A stretch of 41,174 nt of DNA from a virus (taxonomy: Duplodnaviria; Caudoviricetes), in IMG/VR virus record IMGVR_UViG_3300017650_000205, positions 1 through 41,174 of that record. One strand, given 5' to 3'. A program made the translations under genes and the position numbers. Positions within the stretch are counted from its first letter, which is position 1. Each line of letters opens with the position of its first letter. Positions 35,753-41,174 of this stretch are shown here, in pieces. The notes under the pieces are model-generated. The model was not told where the DNA came from, ran no database searches, and worked only from the letters and a program-made list of their open reading frames with translations.

Positions 35753-37213
35753 TCAGGCGTTTGACAGGCATTTGAGTAGTGCGCTTTCGAACCGCTGTAG
35801 TGCGCCGCCTTCTCCCATCGAATGCAATCTCGTCTCTCGTCTTTCGTCCAGCAGCGGGTCGCCGCTTTCGATCTCCTCGAGGATATCGATAATTGATCCG
35901 GCTGGTTGTAATACGTACGCAGCCTTCGATGAAGGGTATGCTCGAGACAGCTCTTCAAGGCATAAATCTTTGCCGAGAATGTTGCAAAGTACTATAGGTT
36001 TTCCTGTTACAAGATATTCATTAAGTACTGCTGAAACATCGCATATGATGATATCACTCCAGTTCATCAGGTCGTGAATTGAACTAGAGGCATCGTAGAA
36101 ATCGACAGCGGGCATATTGCGCATTTTTGCGAGAGCTGCAGCTGCACTGGGTTGAGAAGTGCCGGTTAACGGGTGGGGCTTAATCCTGATTTCGTATTGT
36201 TTCGAATCTGCCAGTTGCTGGAGCAAGCTCAGGCCAACCGAATTGACGGAGCTATAGCTAGTAGCAGATATCCCGCCTTCCCAGGTCGGCGCATACAAAA
36301 TTCTTTTAATTTTATTCGTTTGGTGCCGATACTCCAAAGCAAGCTCAGCTTGAGGGCGGCCAACATGAACGACTTGTTGAGGCCGTAGCGGCAGTTCTGC
36401 TTCACTGAGGCGTTCTTCGGCCAGCCGCCCTCCCACGAAGAGATGGTCATACGCCATAAGCATCTTGCTTTGATTGACACTCTTATCTGACTCCCCGTGG
36501 TTAATGAAAATGTGGGTCAGTCCTGAATGTCGTAGGGAATTAACGTTTTTCTCTCGATTGTTTGGATATAGGACAATCCGTGGGCCCTGCGAATATGCCC
36601 ATTCCAGATCGCGGCTGGTCCGAATAAAGAAGACGGGAATTTCGGTAGCCGACATCTGTCTAAAGACAGGCGCATTCCTGAGAACGATTGCACATTTAAG
36701 TTCTAAGCGCTCTAGAACTGGAATCCATTGATTGACCTGATAAAAGGTATCTTCAGGTCCGCTTAGATATAAGATGAGTTGAGGCGAAAGGGCCGTAAAC
36801 GCCTCTTTTGCCTCCCTCCTAAGCCGCCGAAAAAACAGTATGTCGAATATTGCGTCTAGAGCGAATGGAGCAAGGTATAATCCCAGTGGAATCACTGTTG
36901 CCGCTAAAGTTATCCATGATAGTGAAGAAATTAGTGGAATTGTAGTAAAAATAGCTATTAAAGAAAAAGGAATGTTTTGTTTAGGAATTTTCGATGCTTT
37001 GCCACGCATGATTCTAAATGAAGCTATTTTTTCCCGAAATTCCTGTGCTGGGCCTGTGATTATGATTGCAACAATTGCAATGAACGTTCCTATTGCGACG
37101 TATACCGCATTATGAGGAAAAATTATTGTTCCAAGTAGTCCCGTGCACGTCGTGGCTAATACCAGAATGGGAAAGTAATGACCCAAATGGTGTCGGTGAA
37201 TTTTGGAAAACAC
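35753..37213 (-). CDS. CDP-glycerol glycerophosphotransferase (TagF-like, GT-B) family protein with N-terminal TM helices
   Basis: HGESDK, ILYAPTWEG, IKPHP and DIIICDVSAVLNEYLVTGKP motifs; about 4 N-terminal TM segments. Confidence 0.85.
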   Translation of the reverse strand: MFSKIHRHHLGHYFPILVLATTCTGLLGTIIFPHNAVYVAIGTFIAIVAIIITGPAQEFREKIASFRIMRGKASKIPKQNIPFSLIAIFTTIPLISSLSWITLAATVIPLGLYLAPFALDAIFDILFFRRLRREAKEAFTALSPQLILYLSGPEDTFYQVNQWIPVLERLELKCAIVLRNAPVFRQMSATEIPVFFIRTSRDLEWAYSQGPRIVLYPNNREKNVNSLRHSGLTHIFINHGESDKSVNQSKMLMAYDHLFVGGRLAEERLSEAELPLRPQQVVHVGRPQAELALEYRHQTNKIKRILYAPTWEGGISATSYSSVNSVGLSLLQQLADSKQYEIRIKPHPLTGTSQPSAAAALAKMRNMPAVDFYDASSSIHDLMNWSDIIICDVSAVLNEYLVTGKPIVLCNILGKDLCLEELSRAYPSSKAAYVLQPAGSIIDILEEIESGDPLLDERRETRLHSMGEGGALQRFESALLKCLSNA

Positions 37214-37376
37214 CTAACTAATCTCCAGATTGGCACGGCTCTGCATTGAGGCCGATAAGCGAGAAATGTTGATGGGTCGCTCAGGACAAGCTTCGCGACG
37301 GCTGATTAGGCGTCTAATCTGTCCTTTTCTTGCAGTCAACACAGCCATGAAGTTGCTCTCGATGCCACCCGCGGTC

Positions 37377-37394
37377 GTGATAGATTTATGACAA
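37377..37394 (-). promoter_or_regulatory. Pho box-like site 1
   Basis: Minus strand TTGTCAT-AAAT-CTATCAC, 16/18 match to CTGTCATAAATCTGTCAC. Confidence 0.65.
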
Positions 37395-37648
37395 ACGTGC
37401 AGCTTTCGGCAAGCGCAGCGATGGTGGGCTTGGGATTGATGTTGGGTACGTCACTGCCCAGCTATCTGCAAGTTTCAAGGGTCGCTTGAGGCCGGAGCTA
37501 TTACCTTTGCAGCGAGCAGCGCTGACGAAGTGATTGCTCGCTCGGTAGCGGAACTTAGGGCTACTGGGTAATAAACGGCTTCGGTTGTTTCTAGTCGATG
37601 CTGATTAAAGCACTAATTTGATCGACTTGCGTCCAGCATGTTGCCCGC

Positions 37649-37666
37649 ATGACAATTTTATGACAT
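37649..37666 (-). promoter_or_regulatory. Pho box-like site 2, overlapping the putative tagD promoter
   Basis: Minus strand ATGTCAT-AAAA-TTGTCAT, 16/18 match to CTGTCATAAAACTGTCAT; lies within TTGCCC-N17-CATAGA (37641-37669). Confidence 0.65.
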
Positions 37667-37704
37667 AGAAAAGCCTTGGTTTGGCTTCCGGGGGTAGGGG
37701 TATC

Positions 37705-38106
37705 TTGGGCAAGACGGTCATCACATTTGGCACATTCGACGTGTTTCATATCGGGCATTTACGCATTCTTGAGCGGGCAGCAGCGTTGGGCGACAGGCTC
37801 GTGGTCGGTGTTTCCAGTGATCGTCTGAACTTCAAAAAAAAAGGGCGCTACCCAGTCTTCAAGGAGGCCGACCGGATGGCCATCGTGGCTGGCCTAGCCT
37901 GTGTCGATGAGGTGTTCACCGAGGAAAGCCTTGAGTGGAAGGGCGAATACATCACCACGCATAAAGCCGATATTCTTGTGATGGGCGACGATTGGGTCGG
38001 TCGGTTCGATGAATTCAAGCGGTTGTGCGATGTGGTGTATCTGCCGCGCACCGACAACATCTCGACCACGGAAATCCTCGCCTCGGTGAGAGCGGCGAAC
38101 CTCTAA
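37705..38106 (+). CDS. tagD: Glycerol-3-phosphate cytidylyltransferase (TagD-like)
   Basis: ITFGTFDVFHIGH (HxGH), LVVGVSSD, MGDDW and RTDNISTT motifs; TTG start after a G-rich RBS (alternative start 37681). Confidence 0.88.
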   Translation: MGKTVITFGTFDVFHIGHLRILERAAALGDRLVVGVSSDRLNFKKKGRYPVFKEADRMAIVAGLACVDEVFTEESLEWKGEYITTHKADILVMGDDWVGRFDEFKRLCDVVYLPRTDNISTTEILASVRAANL

Positions 38107-39389
38107 TGCGGCGGCTGCTCGGTCAGGCCTTTATTGCCCTTGGGGGGCCACAACCGCGCATCGTTCGCATGGTATTCGGGGCCGGGGCCTGGTTCGTTTG
38201 TCTGGTCCTCACCCTCGATCCTGTTTTTGCCCGTCTCGCTGCACAGCATTTTTTCGGCAATCGCTTCAAGATCGGGCTGCGCTTTCTGGCCTGGTCGGTT
38301 CAATACGGCTGGCTCAAAAAGCAGGTGGCCCACGATCCGCTGTTCATTTGCACCCTGTTTTTGGATGTCGATGAAATCGGGAACCTCGCCGCCCGGGTGG
38401 AAAAACGGCGCGAAAGGGTGCCGCTGTGGATCTCGGCGTCAGACCTCATCTGCATCTATGCCAACCTGGCCCAGGCGGCGCTGCTGGCCGGCGATCGAAA
38501 CCGCTATCGCCATTGGCATGCGCTCCATGCCCGGGAGGCCGGGGACGCGCTGCCGGCGGTCGAGCACATACGGATCAATCAGAAGCGCCTCGCCGATGAA
38601 ATCGGGCAGCAGGCGCGCTTCGTTACCGCTGAAGATGCCGACGCTGCACTCAAGGATTTTGATGCCGCCTGCCAGGAGCAGGGTGTGGAGTGGTTCGTTG
38701 TCTCCGGCACGCTGCTCGGTATTGTGCGCGAAGGCGGTTGGCTGGCCCATGATTACGACATCGATGTTGGCATCATGATGGATGACTTTCCCGGCCAGGT
38801 CTTGATCGAGACCCTGGTCGCCGGGGGCGTGTTCACGCTGGAAAAGTTTGACCGGCAGGTGCGGTTTTTCGGTCCGAATGGGGATGTCGGCATCGAGGAG
38901 GTGCCGGCATGCATTAAGCTCACCCACCGGAACGGGGTGCCGTTCGATGTGTTCATCCACCACAGGGAAGGCGAGACCTGCTGGCATGGATCGGCGATCA
39001 ACCGGTGGAATAACAGTGCGTTCGATCTCAAGTCCTATGACTTTCGCGGGCACACGGTGCTGGGGCCCGAGGATTTCGACCGGTATCTGACGGAGAACTA
39101 CGGCGGCTGGCGTGTGCCGGTGACCGACTTTCACAGCACCGACGGCTCGGGCACCCCAAATCTTGTCCTGGTGCGCAACCTCTTTATCATAGGCCTGTGT
39201 ATCAAGCGTATGGTCAGTGTTGATGAGGCGACGCGGCTGCGGCTGTTTGCGATGCTCAAAGGCATGGGCGCTGCCACTGATACCGACGGCTGGGGCTATA
39301 ATCAGGATTTTTGCGCTGTAAGTGCTCAGAATGAAATGGGCGAAAGCCGAGCCATGGCGCACAGCCACGTCAAAAATATGCTGGCGTAA
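38106..39389 (+). CDS. LicD/fukutin-family phosphotransferase
   Basis: SGTLLGIVREGGWLAHDYDIDVG and YLTENYGGWRVP motifs; TAATG coupling to tagD. Confidence 0.85.
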   Translation: MRRLLGQAFIALGGPQPRIVRMVFGAGAWFVCLVLTLDPVFARLAAQHFFGNRFKIGLRFLAWSVQYGWLKKQVAHDPLFICTLFLDVDEIGNLAARVEKRRERVPLWISASDLICIYANLAQAALLAGDRNRYRHWHALHAREAGDALPAVEHIRINQKRLADEIGQQARFVTAEDADAALKDFDAACQEQGVEWFVVSGTLLGIVREGGWLAHDYDIDVGIMMDDFPGQVLIETLVAGGVFTLEKFDRQVRFFGPNGDVGIEEVPACIKLTHRNGVPFDVFIHHREGETCWHGSAINRWNNSAFDLKSYDFRGHTVLGPEDFDRYLTENYGGWRVPVTDFHSTDGSGTPNLVLVRNLFIIGLCIKRMVSVDEATRLRLFAMLKGMGAATDTDGWGYNQDFCAVSAQNEMGESRAMAHSHVKNMLA

Positions 39390-39432
39390 TACTTCATCGA
39401 GGCCTTGGAGCTTCAGACTTGCCCAAGCACGC

Positions 39433-39570
39433 TCAACCTAAAGCGGCTACAACAATGGTGGATGCGGTCTTGAACGTCGAGATCCAGAACCAGCCCAGAT
39501 ACACCGTAGCGCCAGCAACCAGAATAACAGCCAAAGCATTGCGAAAGAGCGTATTGATTTGTAGAGGCAC
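39433..39570 (-). CDS. Small hydrophobic membrane peptide (45 aa), absent from the ORF track
   Basis: GTG...TGA reading MPLQINTLFRNALAVILVAGATVYLGWFWISTFKTASTIVVAALG; purine-rich upstream sequence. Confidence 0.45.
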   Translation of the reverse strand: MPLQINTLFRNALAVILVAGATVYLGWFWISTFKTASTIVVAALG

Positions 39571-39685
39571 GCTGCTTCATCCCCCAAATGTGACAGAGTC
39601 GACACATTAAGGCCCAATTCGGTTAAGTCAAACTGAACGGGCGGAGGGCACGTAAGCATCCGGGCGCGATGGCCCAGAGGTTGCC

Positions 39686-39985
39686 TCAAACTCCAGAGCG
39701 TCTCCAGCCCGCCGCCTGCGCGTCCGCTTCCGAACAGAACCAGCGCTCGCCAAACTCGGGCCGGATGATCGTGTCGCCATAATAGCGCTGCCCGGGGACG
39801 TGATAGATGCGCTCGCCAGAGCCGATGCTGATATTGCCCTTGATGGTGCATTCGTCGGACAGCATGGCGAAAACCTGGTCGGCAAACGGCGCATCGCCGC
39901 TAAAGCCATAAACCCCGGCAAAGCCGACGGCACCCGCCGCCAGCACAATCCCGATATTGGACATCAACCGCTTCACAGAACGCAT
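39686..39985 (-). CDS. ExoI-like small exported protein
   Basis: AGGAGGT RBS; signal/TM segment; CTIKGNIS..GERIYHVPGQRYY...GERWFCSEADAQAAGWR. Confidence 0.8.
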   Translation of the reverse strand: MRSVKRLMSNIGIVLAAGAVGFAGVYGFSGDAPFADQVFAMLSDECTIKGNISIGSGERIYHVPGQRYYGDTIIRPEFGERWFCSEADAQAAGWRRSGV

Positions 39986-40085
39986 GGCGCACCTCCTACG
40001 GTGGGAGCGTAGCGGCACGCCGTCGCCACGCCGTATGCGCGGCAGCGCAAGTTTTCATAAAATCCAACAGTGACAGGAGGCCGTC

Positions 40086-40727
40086 ATGGCACTCGACTAT
40101 GCCCACTGGCAGGACGTTCCAGCCAGCGTCTGGCGCTGGCCCAATTTCAGCGCCCAGGAAATCGCCTGCAAGGGCACCGGACGGGTGAAGATCGATGCGG
40201 CAAGCCTCGACAAGCTCCAGGCGCTGCGCTCGCGGCTGGGCAAGCCGCTGATCATCACCAGCGCCTATCGCTCGCCCCAGCACAATGCCGCCGTGGGCGG
40301 GGCCAAGACCAGCCAGCACCTCTATGGCAAGGCGTTCGACGTGGTGATGGCAAACCACGACCCGGTGGCGTTCGAAGCCGCAGCAAGGGCGGTCGGGTTC
40401 ACCGGGTTCGGTCATTACCCGGCGTCAAACTTCATGCACATCGACACCCGCGCCACCCCGGCCCGTTGGAAGGGCGCCGGGCGCAACAATGCCTGGTTCG
40501 CGGCAGACCCGGCCACGCCGGGCTTTACCCCGCCCGCGCGTCCCGACGGCCTGGTGGAGACGGTCAAGGAGCTGGGGCCGGTGGTGACCCCGGTGATTGT
40601 CGGCGGCAGCGCCGTGGCCCAGGGCGATGGTCCGGTGCAATGGGCGATCGGGCTGATTGCCGTCATCGGGTTCATGGCCGCCATTGTCTGGTTCATCCGC
40701 CGCAAGCGGGGAGGGGAGAATGCTTAG
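40086..40727 (+). CDS. Endolysin, peptidase M15 family, with C-terminal TM segment
   Basis: ITSAYRS..HN..VGGA..SQHL.GKAFD and FMHIDTR Zn-peptidase motifs; hydrophobic C-terminus followed by RRKR. Confidence 0.88.
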   Translation: MALDYAHWQDVPASVWRWPNFSAQEIACKGTGRVKIDAASLDKLQALRSRLGKPLIITSAYRSPQHNAAVGGAKTSQHLYGKAFDVVMANHDPVAFEAAARAVGFTGFGHYPASNFMHIDTRATPARWKGAGRNNAWFAADPATPGFTPPARPDGLVETVKELGPVVTPVIVGGSAVAQGDGPVQWAIGLIAVIGFMAAIVWFIRRKRGGENA

Positions 40728-41001
40728 CGTTCTGGGCTGGATGTTCCAGCACTGGTGGCTGGTGCTCGCCCTTGGGGCGGTACTGGGCGCGTACATCGTC
40801 GGCGGCTGGCGCTTGGCGCTGGCCGTCGCCACGCTGGGAGCAGGGGTAGGGCTATATCGCAAGCGGCAGGAGGCTGAGCGGGCCAAGCAGCGCCAGCGGG
40901 CCGACCGCGCCCGGCAGGACCGGGAGCGCGTCGAGCAGAGCGTCGGCGCGATGGGCATCGAGGACGTTGAGCGGGAGCTGGGAAAATGGAACCGAGATTG
41001 A
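40720..41001 (+). CDS. Inner-membrane spanin (Rz-like)
   Basis: N-terminal TM plus charged coiled coil ending LGKWNRD; overlaps the lipoprotein gene. Confidence 0.65.
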   Translation: MLSVLGWMFQHWWLVLALGAVLGAYIVGGWRLALAVATLGAGVGLYRKRQEAERAKQRQRADRARQDRERVEQSVGAMGIEDVERELGKWNRD

Positions 41002-41174
41002 TCGTGGCCGCGCTGGCCATCCTGCTGCTGACGGCCTGCACCACGGCGGGCAGCTTCTGTGAGGTGTCGGCCCCGATCCGGCCCTCAACTGAAGATCACC
41101 TGACCGAAGGCACGGCGCGGCAACTCCTCGTGCACAACCAGTTCGGCGCGACCACCTGCGGATGGAGACCCTGA
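40986..41174 (+). CDS. Outer-membrane spanin lipoprotein (Rz1-like)
   Basis: Lipobox LLLTAC; SFC...HN...CGW pattern. Confidence 0.8.
   Translation: MEPRLIVAALAILLLTACTTAGSFCEVSAPIRPSTEDHLTEGTARQLLVHNQFGATTCGWRP

Larger units (their letters stand above)
769..41174. mobile_element. Lambda-like temperate prophage integrated at tRNA-Met; right end and attR lie beyond the window
   Basis: Integrase abutting the tRNA, followed by ordered immunity, replication, packaging, head, tail and lysis modules. Confidence 0.95.

Noticed and set aside
35753-39389. Cassette as a DNA hypermodification pathway
   Set aside because: TM segments, the polysaccharide pyruvyltransferase and the absence of nucleotide-modifying genes point to the envelope; not formally excluded
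39587-39626. CRP-like palindrome AATGTG...CACATT and a TTAA pair as a CtrA box
   Set aside because: Half-sites or spacing do not fit: the CRP right half is poor and the TTAA spacing is 12 rather than 7
813-41174. Second att copy (attR)
   Set aside because: No repeat of the tRNA 3' half was seen; the window ends at the o-spanin stop codon

Overview
The window begins with a host UdgX-type uracil-DNA glycosylase and tRNA-Met(CAT). The rest is a nearly complete lambda-like (gpA terminase, gpE capsid, non-contractile tail) prophage of an alphaproteobacterium. It is integrated at that tRNA by a large serine recombinase whose C-terminus is encoded by the antisense tRNA 3' half. Module order is: integrase and left early genes; cI/cro switch (five GTCACC-N5-GGTGAC operators plus a LexA-like box); CII-like, methyltransferase, ParB-like, GapR, GNAT and replication initiator genes; NusG-like antiterminator; lambda-like cos; head and tail genes; an AT-richer accessory cassette; endolysin and spanins. 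attR and a holin are not visible in the window. The most notable element is the cassette between the tail fibre and lysis genes (33.9-40.0 kb). It has two divergent operons for cell-surface glycan modification: a TagF-like transferase, a membrane protein and a pyruvyltransferase leftward, and a TagD-like CDP-glycerol synthase and a LicD-family transferase rightward. The shared intergenic region has two near-consensus Pho boxes, suggesting a phosphate-responsive lysogenic surface-conversion system. All calls come from motif recognition by eye; no searches were run.
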